The notes: generated by a model from the letters alone, not told the origin. A stretch of 62,835 bases of DNA, filler included, from Rhabdomonas costata (GCA_019059605.1; 33 parts of 33 records of this genome joined end to end with filler, not necessarily neighbours in it); one strand, 5' to 3'. Positions 35,527 to 49,100 are shown, counted from the first letter of the whole stretch. Made by a program: numbers and translations.

Positions 35527-35795
35527 CACACCACATGCTGGGCGTAGGAGCCCGTCTCCTTCAGGGGAGGGGTGTTAGCGAGGCAACCAAGAAACAAGGC
35601 TAAATAGCCGCAGGAGATGACAGACGTCGAAGGGACCAAAGCGAGGAGCAGAAAGGTCAGCAGACAGAGTGCGCTCACAACGTGGTACTGCACCTTCAGA
35701 AGGGAAAGCGAGACAACCTCTACCGCAGGCTGCACTTGATTGAGAGTGCTCCATTCCAAGGCCTCAAGCAGGATCAGCACAAAGTAGGCAACGAC
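35527..35795 (-). CDS. Internal exon of a multi-pass membrane protein (Piezo THU-like)
   Basis: AG/GT-bounded exon reading VVAYFVLILLEALEW...LLTFLLLALVPSTSVISCGYLALFLGCL. Confidence 0.5.
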
Positions 35796-38329
35796 CTTTG
35801 AAGCAAAGAAACCACAAACAAGAAGGACAAACGGGCGTGTGATCATTTGGTGTTGTTGACCGTCGAAGAAAAAGAAAACCCCCAATCGACATTCTATTCA
35901 ATACGAACACTGTTGTCAATATCTGATAGTCAGTGGTGATGTATGCAAAATCCCATTTTAACTACCCGCGCGCTGAGCCTTGGCACCAAAATGTCCGACA
36001 ATGACGGTGTTGACTCGCAGGAGGGAAAAATCACGTAACAACTTTCACACTTCTTCGAACTGTCGAGGTACGTTTATGATCAGCAATCGGAATGGGAAGG
36101 ATGCAAAAGGTTGCAAAACGCGCATCCCCCCCCCCAAAAAAAANNNNNNNNNNNNNNNNNNNNNNNNNNNNNNNNNNNNNNNNNNNNTTAATTAATTAAN
36201 NNNNNNNNNNNNNNNNNNNNNNNNNNNNNNNNNNNNNNNNNNNGTTGTGGTGTGAGACGACGGGACTGATGTTTGCCGGCCCGTGGTGGAGCCCTCACTA
36301 CCACAGACCGGCAAACATCAGTCCCGTCGTCTCACACCGCACCTGACTTCTCAGATGAGTCAGATCAAGCTGAGCTACAACTTCTACCGCGATCCCGTAC
36401 AGAGATCGCTGAGTGGGAGCATTACGTGCAGCTCTCCCACGCACCACCAGACTAACTACCTAAGCATCAATCGCAGTCACTATTCCTGCAGCCTGTGCAC
36501 GTGTGTGAGCAAGCGGACCTAGCAGTTCCAGTCCCATCATCACCACTACAGCGTTCTGCAGACTTCGATCAGCCTTAATCACATTACAAGCACTTACTAA
36601 CAGTCAGTCAGTTGCGCAAGATACGACACAAATGAAAAAACGAGGATCTATTCATCCCCCTATCGCTCCGCAAAAATTTTCAGCATGAAATTTATCTCTC
36701 AGTTATTTACTGAATAAATGGACGCCTCGCTTGAGCCAGATGAATTAAGAACCACAAGTCAGATTCCCACGACGGGCAGACACTATGACACAGATGATCC
36801 GACAATCATAGTGCAGAAATGTTGAAATCACTTCAACACACATGCGCTGTACGCTCGACTTCCAGGCACCAACAATCGCATTTTGTTGGATAACCTGTGT
36901 ATCGAATACATCGAGCCGCTTGACCATAACTACGCTGAGCTACGCCCGCAAATTAAAGCAGATTTTCGGCAAATCCAGAAGACAGCAATTCACAGTGGGA
37001 ACTTCTGTCTAAAGCACAGACCCATTACCAGTCAGTCAACGCCACGCCGTTATGGAGCGCAGCCAGATGCGCCACAGTCCCCACCCCACTTCTTTCCGGC
37101 TCAAAAACAAAAGGCCATTCTCCGCGTGGCCTCACACAAAAAATCCCAGTTTCAGACGATGTCCCACACTCTTCACTGGAGATTCTACATCACGCTTTTG
37201 AGTCCCTCTGACAGTTTCGCACCACATTAAGACCTCACACATATACCCAAACAAACACCACTTGAGTCCTGCACTTTCGACGGGGGGATGGGGACGAGGG
37301 GAAGGAAGACAAGATCACCGATCCACTTTCCCCAAAAGTGTTCCAGCTGCATGTGAATGAGTACTAACCCGAACCATTTGAATTCAAATTGGTGGATGCA
37401 GTGGACTCATCTGCCCCCCGCCTTGGAGGGGACCCACTAGGATGACAATAACGCAACAAAACTGAATGCGGACCATTCCCGTCAAGACTCTACATTGCAT
37501 CTGCATTCTGAATTGTCTACTGAACAATCTTCAGACCACAGAAAACCTGAGTACTACCACAATTGCGGACACAATTGCAGACCACAACAACCTGCACACC
37601 AAGACCCAACTACATGTACGCGCGCCAGCAGTCAACGCTAGCATGGCCACCCAGGCATTTACGTCCACAATGGTCTTCACCCTCGCTTTGGCTCTCTCAA
37701 AGTAAAAACAAAAGTCATCAGATTACTCCGAGCCAGGCGTAATAACCTCTCGCCTTCGCCCCAAACTCTACATTCCTATACCAACCTACTACTTTGGCGA
37801 CTGCGAAGAAGTGGATGACAACGAAGATACCGACGAACCGGTCCCTGAGTTGCACCATGGTACCCACCCGCTCGGCACCAGGACAAACGTCCACGCACGT
37901 CAAGCTCAGATAAGAAGGACGGCCATTCGCCTTCAGCCAGCGGATCCATATTATCAGGAACCCGAGTGCAGACACAAAGAGGCAAAGAAAAATCGGACAA
38001 AACCGCAAAACCCGCAGGAGATCCCCAAAACACCACCCACACCCACCACANNNNNNNNNNNNNNNNNNNNNNNNNNNNNNNNNNNNNNNNNNNNTTAATT
38101 AATTAANNNNNNNNNNNNNNNNNNNNNNNNNNNNNNNNNNNNNNNNNNNNTGTTGTTTGTGGCTTTCCACTGAGTTACGGCATCCACGACAAAGTCTTCC
38201 CTTAACCACCTCTCTGCTCAGTTGGAGAATGATGTGCGCTTGGTTCTTTTATCCCTTCGCTCCCTGCCTTCCTCTGCTTATGCTCGATCGCCTGCACTCT
38301 CTTCGCGTCCGTGTCACTCTGCGGTTCAG

Positions 38330-39565
38330 CTTCATCATGCTTGTCGACCAGCTGTACGAGCACAAGGTAAAGCTGATGTGCACCGCAGATGCCGCGCCCA
38401 ATGCCCTACTGGACGAGTCCAAGAAAGGCACTTCCAAACCCTTCCCCAGCCACTCTCCTCTCGCCTTAACCCCCCACATCTACGTTCATGCATTGCAGGG
38501 CCCAGTGCTGAGATTCAGGGGAGAGGGTAGTGATTGCTGCGACCACGTTGGGTTTCTTCATGTCTTCCCGTTGAACCCGGAGGCGGCGGGTTTCGTGTCT
38601 GCAACACCCCCACCCCCAAGCACCATCGGCACACCGGCATCGCGCGCACGCTCACAGCCCAGGAGCTGGATGGGCACCTCCCTTTGGGCGGGGAGTTCGC
38701 CGACGCCTACATGTTGGACGCCTTGGGCAAGCAAGGGGCCCAGTCTGTGATGTCCCTCTTCACCAGCCACGAAGAGAAGTCCTCCTCCCTACACACACAT
38801 TGATGAAACCAGTTCGTATATTCCTGTACACAATCACAATCTGAGACATTTGGAAACCGTCCTCAACTCGTTTTCCATTATTTCCTCTAACATCTCACGG
38901 AGGTACCATTTTCAGGCAACATTCAGTTTCTTTCTCTGGTCGCTCCTCCTTTACTTCCTAACTTTGTTGTTTGCCTGGTTCGCGGTGATTTTTTTCGCAT
39001 TGTTTTAGTAGCCTCTTACAGAGTTTCTTTCACGACGACTGGTCAATCGAACCTTCTTTCTGATACTCCACCAGCCTAGTGCACACACTGAGCCAGCCGA
39101 CTGTGTGCACCCGTGCTCTCGTCAAGGTGGTACTGCTGCCCCTTCATAGGTTTGCGTTTGCCCGAGCAGTGTCCCGGCTTCAGGAGATGCAGACCAAGGA
39201 GTACTTGCAGGTACTGTGGCCGTGTCTGTGTGCGTGTGCGTGTGCGTGTGCGTGTGCGTGTGCGTGTGCGTTGCTATGACTCCTTTTCCACGTCTTCCCG
39301 CCCCTCGTTGGTGCACTAATCCTGTAGTGGTGTCCCTTCACAACACTCTTGAGAGCTTTCTCTTCTCTACCCCCAACCCGCCGAAAAAAGAAGTGAAAGA
39401 AGTCATTTTGTTATTAGTTTTTGATATCGCTATCTGGATTCTGCACATTCCCGTTCTTTTGTTTTCATTTCTGTCTCGTGATTTGGTGCTTACTCTCTGC
39501 TTTTTGCTGTGATGCAGCTTCAGCACGTCACCAAGGGACGGCCCCCCTATGTGGTCGACCTGTAG
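38330..39565 (+). CDS. AFG1: AFG1/ZapE-family ATPase, C-terminal part (exons 38330-38427, 38499-38526, 38621-38778, 39150-39210, 39518-39565)
   Basis: FIMLVDQLYEHKVKLMCTA and LFTSHEEK|FAFARAVSRLQEMQTKEYL are hallmark AFG1 motifs. The middle exons are less certain (GC donor, 1-nt shift). Confidence 0.9.
39227..39270. repeat. (GTGTGC)n intronic microsatellite
   Basis: Seen directly, just downstream of the donor at 39211. Confidence 0.95.
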
Positions 39566-42500
39566 CTGCGCAGAACCCCAGAAGTGAGGCTCTCTCTCCC
39601 GTGCTCCACAGAGGTGGGTACCCCACTGATGGGGCTCGGGCAGCGGTGGCCTTCCTCTGCTGCCCTGCGGCTTTTTTCCTCCAAAGTCCCTTCCTCTACC
39701 TCTTCCTCCCTTTTTTTATCAAATGTGGATACGGATCCCGCGTCTGTGGGTGTGGGTGTGCAGGGCAGGGTAATCCTTGCGCAACTGCTTCCCCCAATGT
39801 GCAGTAACCACAGCTTCTGTTGTGCAGTTGATATTTTATCTTATGTTTATGGCTGCGGGGGGGGGGGTGCAGTTCTTGCTGTTCTAATCCGGAAAGAATG
39901 CGGCAAAAGGTTAAAAAAAAACACTGGAACACAAAAGGCGATGGACATCCCACAAACCNNNNNNNNNNNNNNNNNNNNNNNNNNNNNNNNNNNNNNNNNN
40001 NNTTAATTAATTAANNNNNNNNNNNNNNNNNNNNNNNNNNNNNNNNNNNNNNNNNNNNACCGCCCCATGGCTCATGTTCTTGTTATGGTGGGGGAAAAGA
40101 GGGACTTCCGGGTGGAAAGTAGGCCGCAGGCAAACCCACCCATACAGTGGACAGACATGGGGGAAGGCAGAAGGGTGCGAGGAAAGTCGAAAATGTACGG
40201 GGGTGACCGCACGAGCAGCGGTAATTCCCCCAAAGGGGGGGTGGTATCGAGATCTCGGCGCTTTGAACCTCCGCACACACCTAGTCTGTACGTTTCCTCG
40301 GTCATATCGTTCGCAAAACATTAACTCACAGAAAAAAGGGAAGGGAGTGGGGGTAGGGGTGGGGGTAGATGCGCCCCCCACGCGGGTAAAGTACAAGAAT
40401 GGGGATTTCATTGCACAATCCACAAATCCAAGAGTCGGAGGACTGGCACAGCCGGCTACAAAAGTGCAAGGACCCCTCGGAGAAATAAAGATAACAGTGG
40501 TTGTGGTATAGCTGCCTTCTTCCTCTTCCTCCCGGCATTGCCATTGCAGAAACCCCCTTTCGGTGTCATTGGAGACTTACCGTGAAGGGCTCTTCAGCGG
40601 TCATTGTCCAAAGTTTTCATATTTAATCTGACGTTGGCGTCGATCAACCTTCACAACGACCAAAAACGGACTTGAGAACAAACATGTGCAAAAGATGTGA
40701 CAAAAACTCAATTGAAAAGGATCCTCTCCATAGTGAAAAATGGCAAAAAAAAATAATCCCGAAAGTTTCTGGCACTCTTGCCTGAGGGCTCTCTTTTGAT
40801 CCTAAGGCACAGTTCCTGTGCTTCCCATAGTGGAAAAAGCTGTCGTCCAAAACCCAGACGCTGACTCCTCCACGCCGACATATACCTCCCGAAAGGTGTA
40901 AGAAAAAGATCAAAAGGTCTGAGGTGAACTTTTTGGAGACTTGACTTGCAGTGTACCAGCTGGGATTATTACCGTTGCTCAACATGTGCCAAAACTTCTG
41001 TGATCACCTGTAATATTGGTAAATTCTGACTTTTTTCACTCCCTTCATCAATATACCACCAACGGCGACCCTCATGGATCCCTACGTGTGTGTGTGTGGG
41101 GGGGGGTGATTGAAACCCCGGATCGGTCTCATACCCGCTGGTGGAAACCCGCTACCGTGACCGCAACGGAAACACACGGATATAGTTGTTTTGCGAAAGC
41201 ACCTAGGACCTTGGGCCGCGAAGCGCAAGACATCCTGGACAAGATGGAAGACACCTGTTCATCGCTGGAAACACTTGCATCACAACCTAATCCCTGCAAA
41301 TCTTCTATTGGAACACGTATACCGCCTCCCTAACCCCTCCTGAAATTCCTTCTTGCACCATGACCTTTCCTTGTATCGCTTGTGAAGTCTTCAGGATGCC
41401 AAAAAGAGTTAGATTTGACCACATCAAACCACATCAAAAGATAAAACCACATCAAAAATAGCAAAATTAGGGGAAAATAGCCCCCAATAAGGCGAAAAAA
41501 AAACAGGCAAAATTAGGCATACTTTGCCTTAAATAGAATCTGCGTCTTCAATGTGCACACCCCCTTCCCCGAAAAGTCAATGCGTTGAGATAGGTCTTCT
41601 GTATGTGTGCAGTTTTTGTCCCAACATTGACCCACGGGGAGTATGTGGGACAAAGATGCAGAATTATTTGCCTTTTAGGATCCTTTTTATGTTGAGAATT
41701 GTCATGTGTTTGTGTGTGGCATATTGGGAGCAGCACATTGGGAATAAAGGGGCTCCCAAGGCAACCACCGGAAAAGAAACGTGAACTTTCCTCACCTTTT
41801 CCGTTGGATTACGAGCCAGTTTGGGCTGAAGAAGCGTACGCCCATTTTCCCCACACCCCCCCCNNNNNNNNNNNNNNNNNNNNNNNNNNNNNNNNNNNNN
41901 NNNNNNNTTAATTAATTAANNNNNNNNNNNNNNNNNNNNNNNNNNNNNNNNNNNNNNNNNNNNTGTTGGTTGTACGAACAGAGTCTTCGCTGGCTGCTGC
42001 AAAATGCTAGCTGCCATATGTGGCCTCTACAGCGATTCTCCCCTGTGCACTAACGGTGGCTTTGGAATTTTCGGCCTGCCAACTCTCCACAGAGAAGGTG
42101 TTTTCGCGTAACCAAAACATCTGCCAGTGAACTAACGTTTCTTCAGCCTCATTAACTTCACTCGCATCTTCCATGGAAGGACCTCCGATCTGACAAATGT
42201 GTCCTAGCGGCGTTAATATGCATCTGCGGTAAAGCGGTAGGCATCACACTCCTCGCTGGAACTGTTGCTGCCAGAGTTGGTCATGACGACATTGCTGAAA
42301 ACAGATTCGGCATTATGCCAGAAAAAGACGTGTAGGCACAACGCATTTCATCAAATTTCATGCCTGCAAGATTTCTCCCACTTCTTTTTGCCACTTCTGA
42401 AGGCCCTCCACCAGCATGAGTCGATAGACCTCCCCGCGTGTGTCTGCTTGCGTGGCTTCTCCAGCTCCTTCACAAAGGCATCGTCCGCATCGCACAGCAT

Positions 42501-42903
42501 CGCCGCAACCAAAGGGGTTGCAATTAGCTCACGCAGCTCATGGATCGACCATACTCGCCTCAGCAGCTCCTTGCTTCTTTGGATGCCATCCTTCTGGCGG
42601 CACCACGAACTCGAGCTCCTCCGTGTACGCGCTCAGGAAGAAGATCGCCACGGCCAACGCGGACCGCAAGCTGCGCGCCGACGAGGCACTCCGAGAGCGT
42701 CAAAGGGATGTGTGATCTCAGAGACTTCGTAGCCCAACCCACGGTAAATCACGTCCTGCCTCAGGTACCTTGGGCACGGGCCCATGGTCCAGGTACTCCT
42801 GAATCGCCGCGACCCTCGGGGACAGATCTTCCAGCGTGGGCGGGATGCTCTGGGCTTGCCCCCAGAGGCTCGCTGTGCCGAGGTGAGCAAGATGTACAAC
42901 TGG

Positions 42904-43283
42904 TCAATCTTCGGCTTCGGCTTTGGCGGGGTCAGATTCTAACAAGTGCTGGGCTGTAGTGTGAGGCCGGCCTGGCCTTTCCTCTTTCTCATCGCTCTGG
43001 ATCTCCTCGCTGCACAGGAACAGTGGGGCGAACTGCGCGGCATTCACCCCCATGGTTGCAAGGCCAACTTGGCGCGGCACAGCTCGGGCTTTCCGATTTC
43101 AGAAGAGCCCGAGTACTTCCAGGGGTCGATCTCTCGGCCTCTGTCGTAGCACTGCCTGGCCCCTCGCAGGGCCTCGCTGGGGTAGGCGAGCGCGTTCAGG
43201 CAGCTCACCACCAACTCAGCCTCAGGTGGGGTGAGCAGCGGGTGCTCGGAATAGTCTGTGGCGCGGCTGGGAGTGTAGCCCAT
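42904..43283 (-). CDS. Unknown protein (MGYTPSRATDYSEHPLL...), apparent 1-nt frameshift at G run 43047-43051
   Basis: GC3-rich frames on both sides of the run: ...KLALQPWG / VNAAQFAPLFLCSEEIQ. Confidence 0.4.
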
Positions 43284-43870
43284 TTCAGATTTGCTGACGA
43301 GCACTGAAAACCGTAAGCAAAAGAAAACAGAAGCAAACACAGTTAAGCCTGTACGAAAAGAGAACAACACACCGAAAACAGCAAAATTCGCTCCAATTTC
43401 GGAAAGAGAAGTATCGAGAGGAAAAGTTCACCCCCGCTCGCGTGCTGAGACCTTTACACCGTTACGGGCCCGCATCGGTCTCTCGGTTTCTCGTTGCTGT
43501 TCACGCTGCCGCGTTAGAACTCCTGACGCGGTGTTGGGAGTTAGTGGTGGAGAGGGTTTTCAGAAAGACATGTTTTAATGAGCGGGGTTAGGAAATTCAT
43601 GACCGTTTAGCAGTGCTAATGTTTTAACGCCCCCCCCCCCACAAAAAAACGTGTGCCAGTGCGGTGCGGATGAATGAGCTGCGGAAGTCCTTTGACACAG
43701 GAGAACGTTCGAGTGAACTTCACTGTCAGAATCTGGCTGCACACAATTTCTAGAAAGCAAAACAAAAAACNNNNNNNNNNNNNNNNNNNNNNNNNNNNNN
43801 NNNNNNNNNNNNNNTTAATTAATTAANNNNNNNNNNNNNNNNNNNNNNNNNNNNNNNNNNNNNNNNNNNN

Positions 43871-45505
43871 ACGGCGGCTGCCCTGGCGGAGCTGCTGGGC
43901 CCTGAGCAGCTCTCCTCCGTGAAGGCCTCGTCGTCACGCTCTTTCTTTTCCCGTTTTCCTTCTGCCGCCGTAACCAACGTATTCATCATTTTCAATGTCC
44001 CAGAACCCGTTGAGGTTCTTTCTATTTATATTGCCCTGGTACTTTATTCAAGAATACTCTGTAACGATGCAGATTTATCTGGCATGAAGTCAGCAGTTTT
44101 TGCACAATAGGTTTTTGGTCGCTTTTCGCGTCTTTGTCTTCCCAGTTTCTCTAGGTGTCTGCCAGTATGCGTCACATTTAAATTAATCGCAAATGTCGAT
44201 CGCGATATTCCTGTTTATTACCGGAAAGTTGACATGACGTTTGACAAAGTTGGAAGGCGCTGGCACGGCGGTCGAAAATGAACGGACCTCAACGGTGCGC
44301 AGTAAGGTAAGGATGGGCCAGTGCAAGCGTGTGACCTTTTGAGGGTTCCATCTGAGCTCCACCCGCGTTCTCTCTCAAACGCACGCTGCAAGACTGGCGA
44401 GTGTGGGGGAAGAAGCTTGCGCTCAAAGCAGGGTGTTGATTGTCGGTTTCTTTTCGACGTTTTTGTGTACCACCCGAGATAAGCGTGGCCGCACTACGGG
44501 CGCTCGCATTTTATGGGGCTGGCGCCTTCCAGCTGCCGCACCTCACGAGCCCACCATAAAGCCGAAGTTTGGCCGTTCTGCTCTTTCTCCCTCTCTCTCC
44601 TTCTCTCTCCGCCCCTCTCTGCTGGCATGTTTTTGCATGTGTGTTTGTGCGTCGTTTAGGATTCCGAGGGGAGGACTGCCCTCCACGTCGCCGTGCTCAG
44701 CAGCAGCACGGAGTCTATCGAGGCCTTTCTGCAGTCAGGCGCCAGCGCTGATATTGCGGTACTTCGCTGCCCGTGCGTGTACGTGTGTGTGCGTTTGTGT
44801 TTTGCCGCGGTGGTGTGTAGCCTCGCTTTTCATTGTTATGCCGTGTGCCTCCTGACTGCGATAACCTTATTTGGTTGTGGGGCTGTGGCCCTGAGCTGCG
44901 GCAAAGCAGAAGCGAGCGGCGAGTGCCAGCGCTCGTTTTTGATACCAGACGCCACCCCTACTTAAACACCGGAAAATGAGGGGCGCTGTGACTTCAAATA
45001 AGGCCAGCCCGAAGCCACTGCTCTGCGCGCCTCAAAAGTTACCGTGAACTCATTTCCGGAGTCGATGCATGTTGCTTCCTTTCTGGTAAATGGCCCGTTT
45101 TATCGAATGAATTTTTTCTCTGGTGGTTACCGTTGCAAGCGCACAGGCATCCGTCAACGTATCAGTAAAGGCTTTCTTTCCGTTCCGTCCTTGTCAATTT
45201 GCAATGCGGTGCTGTTCTCGAACACCGCAACGCTGCATACAAGAGATGGAAAGACCTCATTCCCTTTCAAAGGCCCTCTTCTCTTTCCCTTATCCTCTCA
45301 TAAGACTTCGAATGGTACCCAGTTGCAGGGTCCGTGACCTGTGCACCGCAACGATGCAAGTCTCAGGTCTCAGTGCATTTATATTCACACCTGTGTTGGT
45401 GGGTTGGACAACCTGGGCAAGACGCCCCTCCACCTCGCTGTGGAGATGTGCAACGCGAGGGCGTGGAAGACCGTCCTCCAAGCCAAGGCCCAGGTGAACC
45501 TCCAG
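43871..45505 (+). CDS. Ankyrin-repeat protein, partial (exons 43871-43924, 44660-44758, 45407 or 45374 to 45505)
   Basis: DSEGRTALHVAV... (exactly 33 aa) and DNLGKTPLHLAV... (33 aa), separated by phase-0 introns. Confidence 0.9.
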
Positions 45506-45777
45506 GTTCGCCCTTTTGTTCGCTCGGATGTTTTTGTGTGAGATTAGAGAGGTGGAGGGAGAGGATAAGCCTTTTGCAGTACTGCAGCTAAAAAGATAAA
45601 GATTTCATCCCAAAAGTGCGATTTCACGATAGTCCAGAAATCCAGAGATCTCTGTGTCTGCTTGAACATCGGTCGACNNNNNNNNNNNNNNNNNNNNNNN
45701 NNNNNNNNNNNNNNNNNNNNNTTAATTAATTAANNNNNNNNNNNNNNNNNNNNNNNNNNNNNNNNNNNNNNNNNNNN

Positions 45778-46159
45778 TCATGATCTGAAATGCTCTGCCC
45801 GTCAACAAGGCGTAGTAAAACATCGTCAGCAACCCTGTCAGCTGGTCACCCGTACCTCCTTCCGAAACCACCGCAACGGCAAAGCGCTTGGGACGGATTC
45901 CCCTAAGTATTTCTGAATGCATCACTGCATAGGTATCTCGCCAGGTCTCAATTGCGACAGTGCACGTATCATTCGGAGGAAGGTCGAAGCCATGCTTCAT
46001 CAAGAACTCAGCATTCAGGAAGGGGTCGACCTTTGTTGGTGACCATGACCTGTGCTTGAGCTTGTCCGAATGCTTCGACCGTGACAAAAGAAAAACCAGA
46101 ACCAGCAACGCCACCACTCGCAAGGTCCGAACCGATGATGACAGGTTTAGAGCTGCCAT
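45778..46159 (-). CDS. Type II membrane fucosyltransferase-like glycosyltransferase, N-terminal part
   Basis: N-terminal TM helix (LRVVALLVLVFLL), then GGTGDQLTGLLTMFYYALLTGRAF, resembling the G.G[DN][RQ]...YALLT.R motif of GT37/GT23-like enzymes. Confidence 0.6.
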
Positions 46160-49100
46160 TTCCAGACCCCCCAAAACACTGGCTCACAGGAAATCCCAGA
46201 CGTGGAAACCCAAAGCATCAGTACTGGAAAACTACAAAAACAAAAAAAGGCAACGCAAAACGTGAAACCGCAAAACTCATTGGGGATGGCTCACGTCAAA
46301 GGTAGGAAAGATGGGCAAGGAAGTTGTCTCTTACTTGCTCCTTCAAAATCTGAGCTCATAGCTATCGCCGAGATGGGAGAGCAAGCATCCAGAGTGTTAA
46401 AAATGCCAGCTGGGAATTTTCTGTGTGACGCCAGCTTATCGATTCAGAGCTTAGCACCCCTTGCAATGTCTTTCACATTCTTGACTGCCGCTCCTATAAC
46501 GATTCATGAGGGAAGTTGCTTGCCTGGATCCTTGCGCTTATATTAAACTTTTGCAATCCGGTTCGCTTGTTCTTTAAAACCCGGTCTACCTTTCTCATAG
46601 CGCCTGCGTGCAAGCCACAAGTGAGAGGAGACACACATTGACTCTCTCTCCTTCCACTGCGCACTCCGCTGCGTTTCTGGGATCTAGAGCCCCTTTGGTG
46701 CCAGTGTCAACATTTGACCTGGATTGGGTGGGGTGAACCTTGCCAACCATCACGGTAGATAGCAAAGGGCCGCAGATTTGTCCCCTAGACTTTTATCCAC
46801 GTACCTTTTATCCACGTATCCACGTATTTCTACAGACTGCAAAACAAATCGAGGAATTTTTGCAGTTTAAGAAAAATTATCGGGCTACACAGCCTACACA
46901 GCTGTTTAATGCGAGTGTTCAGCTGCTGTTTACTCCAAACATGACGAATCCTGGATCAGCAGGGAGTACCAATTATTCTCAAAAACAAGATGGATCGGTT
47001 TGCTTGACGTCCCATCTAAAAAAGGATAGCCAGTGTTGATTGAGCCACTTCAAATAACGAGCTAGGCAGGTGCCCTGTCCCTCAACAGTACCCTGGGCGA
47101 CAGTGAACACAAAAAAGCCACATTGGACTCGGCTTTTACCGTGTTGGAAATCTGAGGCAAGAACATGAAAAATGGAGTTTTTGCCCCTGATTTATACGGT
47201 TCAGACATTTCACAAAGCTCAAAACGAAGTTTTTTTTCACAGTACACATCAATGGCAAGAAGCCCCGATCATCTCTATATTTAGGTGAATAAGGCAACCC
47301 CCCCCCAAAAAAAAACACCACGGTACAGCAAAGGGGGACTACTTTGCACCCTTTCTAGTGCATTAATTGCAATTTTCGCTTCAAATTTGATCTTTTCAAA
47401 CATTTTTGGCATACGCTGTTCATTGCAAGTAGGGGAAAGTTAATGAAACGCAGGCATGTAATGCTCTGCGTCACATTAAATCCAGCTCACGGTGGAGGAA
47501 CTGCGCGCAGCCGAACAGGCACGCAACCCTGACCCACCACCGTCACCTTCACCCTCACCACCCTACGCAAGAACAAACCCTCCCNNNNNNNNNNNNNNNN
47601 NNNNNNNNNNNNNNNNNNNNNNNNNNNNTTAATTAATTAANNNNNNNNNNNNNNNNNNNNNNNNNNNNNNNNNNNNNNNNNNNNGTGGCTGCCGTGTACA
47701 GAGCCTTCATTTGCCATCCTGTTCTGTTGCCGCGCTTGGTATGCGATGTGCATCCACCTTTGATTGTTCTGTGACCGTCCGCCCTTCTTTGCGGGGGTGT
47801 GGGTTGCTGAGTCTGTTTTCTTCCCTGCGTATGTGTGCGTCGTTTCTTCAGGTCTTGCCATTTTGGCCCTTTCGCAATGAGTTCCCTTCTTGCGTTCTCT
47901 CATCTCTCTGCGCTGCAAGCCCCTCCTCCCCCAACACACGCATCGTCCCACAGGTGTGGGTGCACTGTGGCCGCGCTTCGGGCGTTTCGTGTGTTTTTTT
48001 CTAGTCGTTCGTACTCATCCGCTTCTATTCCCACCGCCACTTCCACCGCAATGCTCCTGTTTCCTCATCCCTCCGTTTGTGCTCCTCTGTTGTGTTCCTT
48101 TCTGTAGTGTTGTGTGCCTCTTCCCCTCTCTCAACCTCAACGCCTACCTTCCGCTGTTATTTGGTCAGATGTGCTCCACCTTTTTGATGGTACCGGCGTT
48201 TTGCGCACCCAATGAAGAGTTTTTGGTCCGAGTTTTGAGACTTTCGCAGAATGACACAGGCGGGAAGAACATGTCCCCATATGCAAGCGATTTACCAACG
48301 CATCTGGAATTGCTTGATGCTGTAGTTCTGTATTCAGAACTGCGTCGACCGGGTCTGCTCAGTCGCGAAAAAAGTGACGATTGGAGATACCTCTACCTTT
48401 TCAGGGCGATGCAGGTGTTCCCTGGGACATGTAATTGATCTCACATTGGAGGAAAACCTGTTGAGCAGCATTCTCGGTGGTTGTTTAAAAAGTTGTTGAA
48501 GGGCCCCCCAGGTCACGTCGCCGCCCCAGCCGCCCGCTCCGGCCGCGGCGCGGCGTGCCGCGGTAGGAATGGTTTGGGTTTGCAGAGTATGGCTGTTCCG
48601 CCATTGTCGCGCGACGATGTGGCCGTGTAATTCGGCATCCTTCCGCCCTCTCCACCGCATCCCGCACTGCGTTCTGTGTTGCCTTCCAGATAGAGTCAAT
48701 ACAATGCAGTTTGTGTAGCGCAATCGGTATGAAGTTGATTTGCGACCAAGGTGAGCTGCTCTTTTTTTTTGTTAATGTGGAACCTTGATCCGGATGCAAA
48801 CTCTTCCACAAATTCGGGAGCACAAGAAACTCGTTCTGCGCTTTTGACATTTTGCAAGAAGGAATGGTCAGGATGGATGGACGGAAGGGCACATTGCAAA
48901 GTCTTTTTGCCGCAGTTGTGGGAAGAAGCCTCAGCCAGACACAATGGGCGCTGCGTTTTGCTGCTCCGGTGGCAGTGTTGATACAGTGGGCTCGGCCCCA
49001 ACCCTCCGCAGGGGCACAACGGAGCCCTTCCGAGCAGTAGTATCGGGTGTCTGCCCTTGCCCTGCTGAAGGAGGTGCAGCTGCGAATGCCTGCCCAGGTG

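Noticed and set aside
48916..49097. In-frame TAG in an apparent exon (SEQ*YRVSALALLKE) as stop-codon reassignment
   Set aside because: Another frame is open across the site, the gene is unidentified, and TAG terminates AFG1 normally.
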